This document shows positions 1-12,401 of a stretch of 64,000 bases of DNA, piece by piece; position 1 is the stretch's first letter, and every line of letters starts with the position of its first letter. This DNA comes from Euglena gracilis (lineage: Eukaryota): the NCBI GenBank assembly GCA_039621445.1, contig CP154954.1, positions 20,198,642 through 20,262,641 of the forward strand, given 5' to 3'. Both the position numbers and the translations under genes were made by a program. Below the pieces are notes generated by a model, which had not been told where the DNA came from, ran no database searches, and saw only the letters and a list, made by a program, of their open reading frames with translations.

Positions 1-2779
1 TTTGCAGTTTTTGCAGTTTTTTTTATTTTTTATTTCAGTTTTGAGGAAACCCGAGTGTTTGTTTTTTTTTCCGGATTGTATGTTTGACAGGTGTTTCTCA
101 AGAAAAAGCATCATCTATTCATGAGTTGTGTTGTCTACGGCTATGCCTTGCCCTCAACTGGCTTGCCAACTCCTTTGTCTCTCAATACAACAGAAATTGG
201 TGCAGCCACCATTCCAAATAATAGATTGTTTCAATGACAAGACCACAATTACTCCCAACCAAAATTGCTCCACTCCAGCAAGGTTTTATTTAGTCGTGGA
301 GTTGCTGCTGCATCTTCAACGAGAGTGCCCCATCTACAAGAAGAAGCCGAAGTTCAATATACATGGGAGACAAGGAGGGAGGGGGGGTCCGAGGGGGGGT
401 TGGAAGTTGTACACGGGGGGGAGGGGGGGTCCCCAGAAAATCACAACTGTACTGCCTACCCCCGAGACAGTTGCGACATTTTTCGTCCAATTGAGGTTGT
501 CTTTATTGTACATACATTTTGTGCAGTTCAGATTGCATCTTACGGGAAGATGACCAATGCTGTTCGTTTGTGATTGTTCATATGACATTTGTCCAAAATT
601 TCACCCTTGGCCCAGAATGCCGAATGATCGTCAATGTTTTCATTTTAAACACTCAGCAGAAGTGTTGAAACTCCGAAGGTTCTTTTCCTTGCAATGATGG
701 ATTTTGCGAAATTCAGATGCATTTTGCGAAATATTTGTTTCTTGTGAAAAGAATGGTAGCCAATGTTTTCACTTTGAACACTTAGCAGAAAGGCAGGAAG
801 CAGCTTCAATCACTCCCCCTTGGCACACAATGCGGAATTGTAGCCAATGTGCGGAATTGTAGCCAATGTTTTGCCCCTGTGTCCTGGTTCGTTACGGCTA
901 CGGCTACGGCTACTGGCAATGTTCAGATTTCTGTCAATGCTCCCCTTCCTGTTTCTTTCCTTCAGCCATTTCTCATCTTTCTTTGTCCCTGACATATTGA
1001 ACCTCGGCTTTTTTTACATGGGAAAAAAAGGTGCTTTGCACACAAAAAAAAAGGAGAAACGGTCTGAAATTTCTGAAAAAAGCAGAACATATATTACACG
1101 GCGGAAATTAAAAAATGAATTACGCCGTAAGTTACCCCCCCCCCCTAAATGACCCTATTGATGTTGCTTCAGGACCCCCCAAAGGGGGTGCTACCCCCGT
1201 GACCCCCCCCGTGACCCCCCCCGTGACCCGCCCGTGACCCGAGAATCGAGCCTTCAATTTTCATACAATGCATCAACCTTCATCACTTCAGCCTTTCTTT
1301 TCATTCATCATTTCAGCTTCTTTTTGATGTCTAGGTGGCGTTTTTGGTTGCTTTTCATCAATTTTCTGGTTCAAACCATTGAAAGTTCGCCTTGACATGG
1401 TCTAAAAATTGGAAAGAAATGCGAAGATTTGAGGGGAAATTTTTTTCGACCCAAACAATGGCGCTTCTTTGCCATATTAATTTGGCCCAAAACATTGGCA
1501 AAAGGGGAGATTGCGCAAGTAGGAAAGAATTTCATGGCAAAAAGGGGGAAGGGAAAACATGAAATTTTTGTGGAAGACCCCCCCAAAAAGAAAATAATTG
1601 TCCTCACCCCACCTTCCATTTAGACAACCAAACCCCTTTTTGACACCCAACGTCCAACGCACCTCCACACCCAAAAATGGCCAAAAATCTTGTCCCCTAA
1701 AAAAAAAAGCCAAAAATTGGTGCATTTCTGCACCCAAAACATATTTTTTTGGCTACTTTTTTTTTCCAAAGCTGGCAATCAAAAAAAAGAGGGGTTTTTT
1801 TGTTTTTTTTGTGTTTTTTTTTAAAAAAACGCCAACGAGGTTTGGGAATTTTTTTTGGGAAAAAACACAGTCTCACCTCAGTGATGGTGAAGACGAGTGG
1901 CTGTTGCGCCTTGTTTCCGCTTCATCCAAAACCAATTCACCATCAGACTGAGTGGTCTTCAAAAGTGGGAGTTCTTCATTTGCTTTGCCTCTTGTTTCTC
2001 GTCGGCCGGCGATGAAGGAACTTCAGTTCCAAAAACCCATGCTGAGAGGAGGGGGGGCAAACAATGTTTTTTTCAAAGAAAAATCCATTTTTTTTAGGAA
2101 AAAACCGTTTTTTGTTTTTTTTCAAAAAAAAATACGGTTTTTTTTATAACAAAAACACGTTTTTTTTGCCAGCTTTGCTTTTTTTCCCCTTCAAAAATAG
2201 CCATTTTGGGCCATTTTTCCAGAAATGGGCCAAAATGCATCCCAAAAAATGTAACGGTCAAGAAAATCCTGACAAAACTCCTTTTCTAAAAAAAATGAAA
2301 AAATGACCAATTTTGACATGAAAATCACCCCAAAATTACCATTTTCAAACCAAAGGGGTTTTTTTTGTTCAAAAATGGCCCCAAATGGCCAAAAATGATC
2401 ACTTTTTGGACCCGAAAATCACCGATTTTAGGATGCGTGCCGCCCTTCTCGTGATGGGATGCAACAACATGGATGCTACCTCCCGACCAGCATTCCGGTC
2501 GTCAAAAAGGACGACTTTTGCAAATCGTAAAAAACAGCCATTTATCCTCGTCAGTCAGAAACACAGGGAATTATTTACATCGGTTTTTTCAAAAATGTTG
2601 CGGCGAGACCATTAGAGCATAAATGCTGCCCCGTCATTTATGGGTCCGGCTTTTACCGCCTGAGGGCAAAGAACCATGAAGTCGTCGGCAGGAACAACGG
2701 TGGAAGAAAATTTTCGGGCTAAAAATTATGAGCCGGAAGGGCCAGGAGTTCCTCAGGTCGCAAGTAACAAGGAACCGGC

Positions 2780-3380
2780 CGGCCCCAGCCCCCTGTAGCA
2801 CCAAACTGGGCACAACCTCTGTCAACCCGCCCCCTGTGGTACCAAACTGGCCGCAACTTTTGCCATCCCTCCCCCCCCCTGCGGCACCAAACTGGGCAAC
2901 ACACCTGTGCCACCCCCCCCCCTGTGGCACCAAAATTGGGCAACAGCCGTGGCACCAAACTGGGGCAGTGCCACCCCCCCCCTGTGGAACCAAACTGGGG
3001 CAACCACCTGTGCCACCCCCCCCTGTGGCACCAAAATTGGGCAACACCCGTGGCACAAAACTGGCCACCACCTGTGCCAACCCCTGTGGCCCAAAACTGA
3101 CAACACCCGTAGCACCAAATTGCGCACCTGTGGCCCAAAACTGGCCACGTCTGTGGCCCAAAACTGGCCACCACCTGTGGCCCAAAACTGGCCACCACCT
3201 GTGGCCCAAAACTGGCCACCACCTGTGGCCCAAAACTGGCCACGGCCTGTGGCCCAAAACTGGCCACGGCCTGTGGCCCAAAACTGGCCACCAAATCTGG
3301 CCCAAACTGGCCAGATGTGCTGGCCCAAAACTGGCCAGCACACCTGTGGCCCAAACCTCCCCCAAGATGTGGCACCAAAA
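2780..3380. repeat. ~24-bp minisatellite (CTGTGGCCCAAAACTGGCCACCAC and degenerate variants)
   Basis: Tandem near-identical units at about 3130-3300 that degenerate outward. Related units occur reversed at about 8400-8660 and forward at about 9825-9875. Confidence 0.9.
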
Positions 3381-4633
3381 AAATGATTCAAATCAATGTA
3401 AATCAAATCCGAACCAGATTATCATTTCATTGCAAACAAAACGGACAGACAAACAAAAAAACTTCAAGGTTCAAGCCACAGCAACAGGAAGCAGAAAATA
3501 CACACGTTGTCTCTGATGGTCGTAACGAAAACAACATGGAACAGTTTAGTAGGGACATGTTCAGGTCCAGATTACCACATTCCAAGACCTTCAAGACCTT
3601 CCAGTTGCTTCATTTCATTTCAAGCATGGACTTCAACATTTGCTTCCCAGTGAGATCTGTAGGAGAGAGAAGTATATTCACTGACAGAATTCTTTGGCAA
3701 ACCTTTGTCCTCAGCGGGGAGCTTCACAGTACAAGTCCAACATACAATTCCAATCCTTCTGTAATGAGCCCTCATTCGGGTCGGATTGGCACTGGAAGAA
3801 GAAGTTCAGAACAGGGGTCAGATTTTGTGAAATACCAGGAAGGCGGACATTAATTTGGGATTGGCGATTCCTAACGCGAACGGGGGTTTTTGTTTTTGAC
3901 AAATGTCTAAATGTCATATTAATGTCAATTGTCTGTCAGAAACCCTTGTCATTTGCCAAAATTGGGAATGCTGCTCCCGACCACCTCCAAAGTGGCATAC
4001 TTCCCCCGTGACCCCCCCCGTGACCCCCCCCCGTGACCCCCCCGTGACCCGCACCACCCCCAAAGGGTCATCCAGGGGGGGGTTCATTTAGGGGGGGATA
4101 CTTTTCCCACTTGAAAAATTGCTCTGCTCTATGACCCCCCCCCCCCTAGATGACCCCCCAGGGGGTCATCTAGGGGGGGGGGTCATTTAGGGGGGGGTAC
4201 GCGGAAGTTACAAGCGAAACTTACAATTGTAAATTACGTCGCAATGCTATTCTCGGGTCACGGGCAGGTCACGGGGGGGTCACGGGGGTATTACCCCCCC
4301 CAATCTACCGCCATGCCGTTTGGCACTCCATGTTCCTGGGCTTTGCCTCTGAACGAGGAAAACAAACAACAAAATGCGCACCTTCGTGAAGCAGTTCTTG
4401 AGGCAAATGACGTTGGGTTTGTGTGTTGTCATCCCATGTGAGAAAAAACAAGTCAAAGGTCTCTGCAAAAAAAAATGCAGTTTAAGGTTTTGTTTATAGC
4501 CAAAGGGGGGGACCATTTTTGGACCCGAAGGCAGCAACCCGCCTGAAAAAGTGCACTGGCTTGGATGAATTCCAAAATAAAAATTGGCGGTGTACTTAAT
4601 CGGCGCGGTCTCGCCCCTCAAAGGAAAAAGCGG

Positions 4634-4705
4634 TGTGACCTCGTGGGTTTCGAACCCACGACCATACCATCATAAGACATGCTCCGCCATCATGTTAATG
4701 GTCAC
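4634..4705 (-). tRNA. Degenerate tRNA-like Pol III unit (pseudo-tRNA or tRNA-derived; anticodon ambiguous, ATG or TAT)
   Basis: On the minus strand: GTGACC...GGTCAC acceptor stem, T-arm CGTGGG-TTCGAAA-CCCACG, TGG in the D-loop region, and a TTTTT terminator 4 nt downstream (plus 4625-4629). The D-stem pairs poorly. Confidence 0.65.
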
Positions 4706-4784
4706 TCTGTATGCATTTGTGTGTGCGGCAGACGGGAGATCCTACGGAGGTTGGTAGCCGGCGCGTAGTACCAAGCCGAGTATC

Positions 4785-4857
4785 GCTCGAGTAGCTTATT
4801 CGGTAAGGTGCTGGGCTCACACGCGGGAGGTCGTGGGTTCGAGACCCAGGTCCCGCC
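4785..4857 (+). promoter_or_regulatory. tRNA-derived Pol III A/B boxes in the 5' LTR (second copy at 5477-5549)
   Basis: A-box-like TAGCTTATTCGG at 4792-4803. B box GGTTCGAGACC at 4836-4846 within a TGGG/CCCA T-stem. A CTCACAC anticodon-like loop (Val-CAC-like) lies at tRNA spacing. Confidence 0.75.
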
Positions 4858-5054
4858 GTGTGAGTCCTGATCGATCCCGTACGGGCAGAGGGCATACCGC
4901 GGGGATCGATCGGCGCGTGAGGCTGCGCACGTGGACGAACGTTGATCGGTCGGATTACCACGGGCGTGGCCCCTCGCCAGCGGACGAGCCACGGCAAGTA
5001 GCATGAGCTGCCCCGTGGCCGTCCAACGGCGGGTGGTGACGACCGACGTAAACA

Positions 5055-5067
5055 TGGTAGCAGAGGA
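5055..5067 (+). promoter_or_regulatory. Primer binding site complementary to the 3' end of initiator tRNA-Met
   Basis: TGGTAGCAGAGGA directly follows the 5' LTR and is the reverse complement of the eukaryotic tRNAi-Met 3' end (...CCUCUGCUACCA). Confidence 0.85.
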
Positions 5068-8000
5068 ACCCGTCTAATGCCACACGAACCGGGAAGTCAG
5101 AGCCTGACCCCACGGCGCCCGGAAGGCGGAGGCGGACGCGCCGAGTCTAGGGCGACTGAAACTCCTACACCGTTCCAAAGTCTCAAGCCGATGCTAAGGG
5201 GGACGCTCCAAGGCGGCAGAGCCCGTGGAAGTCGACAACACGTAAACTGCCGGCAATAGCAAACCCGAGCTGCAGGGGTCGGCAGCCTGGTGACGCAGTA
5301 CTCGTGAGAAGCACTCAGCCAACTAGGGCCGTGTGAGGCATAACCCGAGCTGCAGGGGCCACGGCCATAGTGACGCAGTGGGCTAGTGTAGTAAGGCTCT
5401 TGGGAGGGGAGTGTGTGCGGCAGACGGGAGATCCTACGGAGGTTGGTAGCCGGCGCGTAGTACCAAGCCGAGTATCGCTCGAGTAGCTTATTCGGTAAGG
5501 TGCTGGGCTCACACGCGGGAGGTCGTGGGTTCGAGACCCAGGTCCCGCCGTGTGAGTCCTGATCGATCCCGTACGGGCAGAGGGCATACCGCGGGGATCG
5601 ATCGGCGCGTGAGGCTGCGCACGTGGACGAACGTTGATCGGTCGGATTACCACGGGCGTGGCCCCTCGCCAGCGGACGAGCCACGGCAAGTAGCATGAGC
5701 TGCCCCGTGGCCGTCCAACGGCGGGTGGTGACAACCAACGTAAACAATTTGCCATGGACTTTTATCAAAATTTCTTAAAGAATGTCATTTTGGCCATTTT
5801 TTTTTTGCCAAACAAGTGCTCTTGTAGTGAACTTCACCAGTGAAGTAAACTTCACTAGTGAAGTTAACTTCACCCAATTTACCTTAACCAAATTTAACTT
5901 ACCCCCACCCCCCTCAAAATGTCACCCCCCAAACGTGGCCAAATTTTTTGGCAAATTTTGGTTTATCCCCTCAAAGGGTTTACCCCTCATTTTCCTTCGA
6001 CACCAAAGGCGACAAAGGGCGAAATTTGACCTCCCCTCCAAAGTGCCCCCCCCCCCCGGAGTGGCCATTTGGGTGCCACGATGCCTGGAGGGTGGCCACT
6101 TTGAGGGGGGTGAGGGTAGTGAAATTAAGTTAGTTAAGCTAACTTCACTGAGGCAGATGAGGGGGAGGGTTTCCGGGACCCCCCCCCCCGGTGTACTTCA
6201 CCATAGTTTCAAACAATGAACTTTATGGGGGGTCAAAATGCAAGGGGTGTGTGATTTTTTTAAAATTTCATAACTTTCATAAATTTCAAAAATTACCGTA
6301 AGTTACGGTAAGTTACGGGTGTGCAAATCATCAAAAATAAATTACGCAAAATTTGCAATGCTACCCGAGAATGGAGCCTTCAATTTTCATAATGCATCAA
6401 CCTTCATCACTCCAGCCTTTCTTTTCATTCAATCAGCCTGCTTTTTGATGTAGGTGGCGTTTTTGGTCGCTTTTCATCAATTTTCTGCTTCAAACCATCG
6501 AAAATTTGCCTTGACATGGTCAAAAACATGGAAAGAAACGCCAAGATTTGAGGTGAAAAGATTTTCGACCCAAACAATGGTGCCTTTTTGGCGTATTAAT
6601 TTGACCCAAAATATGCCCCATTGGCAAAAGCGGAGATTGTGCAAGTCTCATGGCAAAAGGGGTGGAGGGGAAACATGAAATTTTTGTGGAAGAAAAAACC
6701 CTAAAAAGCAGAAAAGAATTGTCCTCACCCCACCTTCCATTTGGGCAACCAAATCCCTTTTTGACACCCAACATCCAATGCACCTTCACACCCAAAAATG
6801 GCCAAAAATCTTGCCCCTAAATGTGCCAAAATTGCATTTCCACGCCCAAAAGGGGGTGTTCCCCCCGCGTCCCCCCCCGCGTCCCCCCCCGCGTCCCCCC
6901 CGCGCCCCGGATTTTGGCCGTGCACGTTTTTGGTCGACCAAAGGAAAATTACATACAAAGTTAGGTGATGCCAAAGAAAATGTGTGGGGGTGGTTGGGCC
7001 ACGGTTCCCCCCGCGTCCCCCCCGCGTCCCCCCCCGCGTCCCCCCCGCGTCCCGAACCACCCCCAAACAGAATTTTGGGTACATTTTTTTCCTTCAAAAT
7101 GGCCATTTTGGGCCATTTTCTCCAAAATGGCCCAAAATGCATCCCAAAAAAAAGTGACGGTCAAGAAATTCCTAACAAAATTCGCTTTCAAAAGATGAAA
7201 AAAAAAAGATCAAGTTCGGACATAAAAATCACCCACCGTGTCGCCAAGACCAAGTCGCCCAATTGGTCGGCCAGAATATTGTTGCAAATTTGTCCAAATC
7301 GGAAAAATCTGGAAATCGCCAAAAAACCACACCAAAAAGCGCAAAAGGCGGCCCCGGGCGGATTCCTGTGGGTGCTCATCCTGGGGGTGATGCCGACCTG
7401 GTCGGCCCGACCACCTGGTCGGCCCGACCATGGTCGGGCCGACCAGGTCGATAACTACCCCTGGGGGTGATACCGACCAGGTCGGTATCACCCCCAGGAA
7501 TCTGCCTTCCCCCCCCCCCCTTTTTGGAAATTTAAGCCCCCCCCCCGGGTTTCCAAAAGACGAGACCAACATGCACCCGAAAAGGGGTTGGCAGATAAAA
7601 GGGGTTGATTTTGTTAATGAAAGGGATAGGGTTTTTTTTTGATTTTGTGTGCATGCGCAACCGGACACCCATTGTCGGAGGGCGCCTTCGGCGCCCTTGG
7701 TCGTCTGGCGGGGGGGGGGGGCTGCCGCCCCCCCCTGCACCCCCGCCCCCCCCGCCCCCCAATGACAAAATCCCTTTGCTGCCGGACCATTTTGTGTGCA
7801 TGCGCAACCGGACACCCATTGTCGGAGGGCGCCTTCGGCGCCCTTTGTCGTCTAGCGGGGGGGGGGGGCTGCCGCCCCCCCCCCGCCCCCGGGGCGTTTG
7901 GTCAAGAAAGGGGGGGGGGTTCAATTAGGGGGGGGGGGAGGTGGTAATTGTCAATTAACCGTAGTAACAGTGGGTAGTCGGCCGACTCGTCGGCCAACCA

Positions 8001-10860
8001 CCTAAGTGGTCGGCCAAGTAGTCGGCCGACTACTTGGCCGACTACCCAACTGGTCGGCCGCTAGGCCTGGTCGGTATGAGGACAGCCAGCGAGTTGAGTT
8101 CGACAAATTTGCATGAACGTCCACATTGCCACAAGAGGAAGTGTGTGTAGCGATGTGCGCAGCTCCACAAACTCTCTAGACCCTGTGCCGACACCAGCCG
8201 TATCACTCAAGAGCCCCATGTTCATCCAAACAAACATCAGAGCATGCACAGACTGCTCCAATGGCCGGTTTCGCAAATCTCCATGCAAGAGCTTGAAATG
8301 ATTGAAAGCCTGTGGAATGGCTACCTGCTTCAAACGGGGAAATAACGGTACTTGTCTGTTAGTCGATCCGCGGCAAAACAGGTCAGCTCCGGCTCCAGTT
8401 TCCTGGCACATTTTGGGGATTGGGCCACAAATCTTGGCCACAGCTCGCACATCTTGGGCACAGCTGTGGGCCAGAAATCTTGGCCACAGATGGGGGAAAC
8501 ATTGTGTCCAGTTTGATTTTGGGGCCAGTTTGGTGCAACAGGTGGGGCAACATTTTGGTGCCACAGGTTGGTCACAGTTGGGGGAAACACTTTGTGACCA
8601 GTTTTTCTTGAACAGCTTGGGCGCCCACAGTTTGGGACGGGTTTGGTGCCCTAGGTGGGCAGCTTTGTTGTCCATCTCGGGCAAGTTTTTGTGACCCAGG
8701 TGGGTGGCCCTGTTTTATTTTTTCCGGGGTCCTGTCCAAAAATCCCGATTTGCCTCAAGTCAAGACGCATTTAAAATCTGTCCGTTCAGCCAGTGGCGAC
8801 TTTGGTTTCATCACGTTAAACAGGTGGCCTCATTTCTGCCGGCTTTTATTCACGGGATTTTTCGCGTCGGTATAAAGGCGCCGAATCTTGGGGGTCGTGC
8901 GGGGATAAAAGCCACGGAATTAGATTTTTACGAATTAATTGGCCATCGGATTTAAAGCCTCTCCTGTATTGGGACGGGGGTGCTCCAATATGCAGGGGGG
9001 AAACACAAACACATTTTTGTGTTTTGTGTTTTACATTTTACTAACCACCTTCCCCTTGTGGTGGGTTAGGAGACTGAGGATTAGGAATAGCATTGCGACG
9101 TAATTTACAATTGTAAGTTTCACTTGTAACTTACGCGTACCCCCCCCCCTTTATTGTCCCATCGACCTGCCCCCGGGAGGCCCGACCGGACAATAAAGGG
9201 GGGGACAATAAAGGGGTACCAAAGTAATTTCATTGGCCGGGCCAAAAAAACCCCCTGTCGGCCGGGGTTCAGGGACAATAAAGGGGGGGGGGACAATAAA
9301 GGGGGGGGGGGTGGTAACTTACGGCCAGGGTTGACGTTTTTTTTAAAAAAAAGCCAAAAAACATGTTTTTTGAAAAGCAAAAATTGACCTTTTTCCTTGC
9401 GAAATCGCCATTTTTTTGAGGAAATTTTTTCGTGTGTGGTTCGGGTCACGGGGGGGGGGGCAGGGTTGTTCGTGTTAAAAACAAGTCGTTTAAAAACACT
9501 CGTTTAATTCAGTTTAATTCAATCGAGCGCCTGCGCCGTATAAAACCGCCGATATAGGTCTTGAATGACGGCCAATCAACTTAGCCGTCAAAAAACCAGA
9601 AGGAACGTGTTTTTGTCCCTTGCGGTGTCCGCGCAGCACGACGATGGGCAAAAATTACTGCATGAAATGTCAGTACCAAAACGAAAATTCCCGATTTGAC
9701 CCGCAGGAACCGGTAATTTTTTTTAAGTATGAAGTCTTTTTTTCAGGCATTAATTTCCTCTCAAAATTTTTGCCTTGCACAGTTTTTCCGTCCCCCCCCC
9801 CAACAAAGGGAGGCCCAAAAGTAACCACCCGTGGCCCAAAAGTTGTCACCGCTTGTGGCCCAAAAACTGGCCACCAGGTAAATAAATTTTCCGCACATCT
9901 TTCCAGAATAATGATTTTTTTTATGTACGGTGCAAAAAAATTTTGACCTGCGAGCACTGAAAACAGAACAAAATCCTCGTGGGAAGCAACTGCAGTTCGC
10001 TGAGTAGCTTAAATCTCAACTTCGGTCCGCAAATCCCTGACCAATGACAACCAGGTGATGCCAGGAAAGACTTCATCACTTCCAGGGTTTGACAGCATCC
10101 ACAGGTGGGGGGGGGCAGAAGATGTTCGGGGGGGGACAAAAAACAAGACAATGTCGGGGGGGGGGGACTTTTTCGGGGGAACGGGACTTTGTGGGAGGGG
10201 AAAAGAAACCTGACTTTGCAAAAAAAATGTAAAAAAATGTGGGAATTCCAACCCTGCATTTTTGGTGGTCAAATTAGGAATCACCGAAAACAAATTTTTG
10301 GGGAATTTTTGGGAAACAAATTTTCAGGCTCCAAATTAGGAATCCCCCAACCTAAATCGCCCGAACCGGCGTCCTAGGCACAGGTTTCCCGCCCGAACCG
10401 GCGTTTGGGACACAGTTCTCGATATAGAACTTCATTCTTTTTGCAGTGACCTTTGACTTGTCTTTTCTCACATGGGATGACAACAACACATAAAGCCAAT
10501 TTTTAAATGGGAAAAAAGGTGCTTTGCAACGGTATGAAATTTCTGAAAAAAGGTAGAACATAAATTACACCACAGAAATTAAAAAATGAATTACGATGTA
10601 AGCAAGGTTGACGTTTTTTTTTGAAACAAAAAAAACATGTTTTTTGTAAAAAAAAACATGTTTTTTTAAAAAAAACAAAAAAACGTCATAGAGGGGTTGG
10701 GTGAAAAAATTTTGCAATGTTTTTTTGGGAAAAAGTTCATTTTTTATTTCTGCAGCATTCATTTTTTGTATTTTTTTGGGTTAAAAACGTGTTCAACCCG
10801 CCAAATGCCTGCCCTGAAATTCGTGGTCATGAACACGTTTTCAATGAGGGCATCTGTGGC

Positions 10861-11580
10861 CAGGGTTGGGCAATTAACCGTTATTATTGGGGTCAAGCGA
10901 TTAACCATGGTTAACTGGGGGTCAACAAGCGATTAACCAATTTTCGATTAACTGTGCCTTTCCCTCGATTAATCCCGATTAACCGTCACAAAAAAATTCA
11001 TAGTGTCCCTACCCTTGAGCAGTGTTGTGCACCTTGCCAAATTGGTGCCTGAAAACATCATCCCCAAACCAGAGCTTAGACTCTCATTCATTGGATGGAT
11101 CATGAGCCAAACAAACGAAAAAAATAAAAACCACACGAATCTCTGTTGCCGAGTCCAATGGGTCAGATAGCCAAGTTGACGTAAATTCATTCGCACAAGC
11201 ATGAGCGCATCAACGGAGCAATCACTAAGGCGCTTGCGCAAATCATTGGGGTCGGAGCTTCTTTCATCTGATGACACCCCTCCTCGAAGGGTTATGTTCG
11301 GTGTTGCAGTTGAAAATTGCCTCTTTTCCAAAAGGGAACTTCGATTACCCACACAACGAGGTCTATCCCCCACCCAGTGTCTAAGTCCCCAAAGGGTGGA
11401 GAAATGTTCCCAAACCCAAGACACCTTTGATTTCTGCAAAAAAAAGGTCGATTAACTGGGGGGCCACAAGCGATTAACCGTTTTTCGATTAACCATGGTT
11501 AATTGTCCCCCCCACAAACGATCGATTAACTGGGGGGGTCACAAGCGATTAACCGTTTTTCGATTAACCATCCAACCCTG
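10861..11580. mobile_element. Internally deleted hAT element
   Basis: TIR CAGGGTTGG / CCAACCCTG, 8-bp TSD TCTGTGGC, subterminal CGATTAAC repeats. A minus-strand remnant LRKRLSDCSVDALMLVRMN resembles the hAT C-terminal dimerisation region. Confidence 0.85.
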
Positions 11581-12401
11581 TCTGTGGCAATGACACGTTT
11601 TCGATTAAGGCATCTGTGTTCAGGCACGTTTTCCATTAGGGCATCTGTGGTAACCCCGAGTAAAAAGCAAAAAGCGCTGTCGCAAAAAATCAGCGGGCGG
11701 TTGCGAGGCCGGGTGGTCCTCAACGAGTGAGGCGGGTCGGGGGCACTCTACAACAGGACAGAAGGCCAGGTGGCCTGGGAGCACAACGACACGGAGTGGC
11801 AGACATCATGGAACACGACACGCTTTACACAAAAAAGAGCCATACTTTGGTGGCCGCCGCAAATCTTGGCAATGAAAATGATATGCCAAACCGCAGGCGT
11901 CACACACAACTTTGTTCAGCTCCACACAATTTGGATTTTTGAGAATGGCAAAGAAGAAAAGAGGTTGCCGAACGATTCCCTGAAACGAACAAAGTTCCCG
12001 ACTGCTGCTCACGTTGAGCCACACATTGTTCAAAGACGCTCGCCTCATCGAACAACAGGCTGGGTTCCAGCTCCCATCCCGTCCAGGCAACAAAGAAAGC
12101 ATCCAGCTCAGGATAAGAGGCTTGCCGATGTTGACACAGTTTGGCGAACTCCAAACAGTTGGCAACAGCAGCAAGCCCCCCCCCCCCCCGGAGTGGCCAT
12201 TTGGGTGCCACGATGCCTGGAGGGTAACCACTTTGAGGGGGGTGAGGGTAGTGAAATTAAGTTACCATCCCCCCCCCGAGCTATTCCCCCCCCCCCGAGC
12301 TATTCCCATTGGGGGTACGGGAATAGCTCACTGTCATAGCACTTTTTTATAAAGAACTTCCTAAGAAAGTGGTAAAAAAAATCGACGTTTTTGGACCATT
12401 T
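11136..12401 (+). repeat. ~1.27-kb direct duplication, copy 1 (copy 2 at 19143-20408)
   Basis: Near-identical sequence from CG(A/G)ATCTCTGTTGCC to GGACCATTT flanks the transposase-bearing insert on both sides. Confidence 0.95.
11806..12000 (-). pseudogene. PHD-finger-encoding terminal exon or remnant (duplicated at about 19815-20010)
   Basis: Translation ...NCVELNKVVCDACGLAYHFHCQDLRRPPKYGSFLCKACRVP* matches the C-x2-C..H-x2-C..C-x2-C spacing of a PHD finger. Confidence 0.6.

Larger units (their letters stand above)
4720..5746 (+). mobile_element. Non-autonomous miniature LTR retrotransposon (TRIM) with tRNA-derived LTRs
   Basis: 335-bp direct repeats 4720-5054 and 5412-5746 with TG...CA ends and only 2 differences seen. 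TSD ATTTG at 4715-4719 and 5747-5751. PBS TGGTAGCAGAGGA at 5055. PPT GGGAGGGGAG at 5402-5411. The 357-bp interior is non-coding. Confidence 0.95.

Noticed and set aside
2634-3516. Regular 24-bp repeats resembling a CRISPR array or a repeat protein
   Set aside because: The repeats are tandem with no unique spacers, there are no cas genes, and they are open in many frames, so this is a minisatellite.
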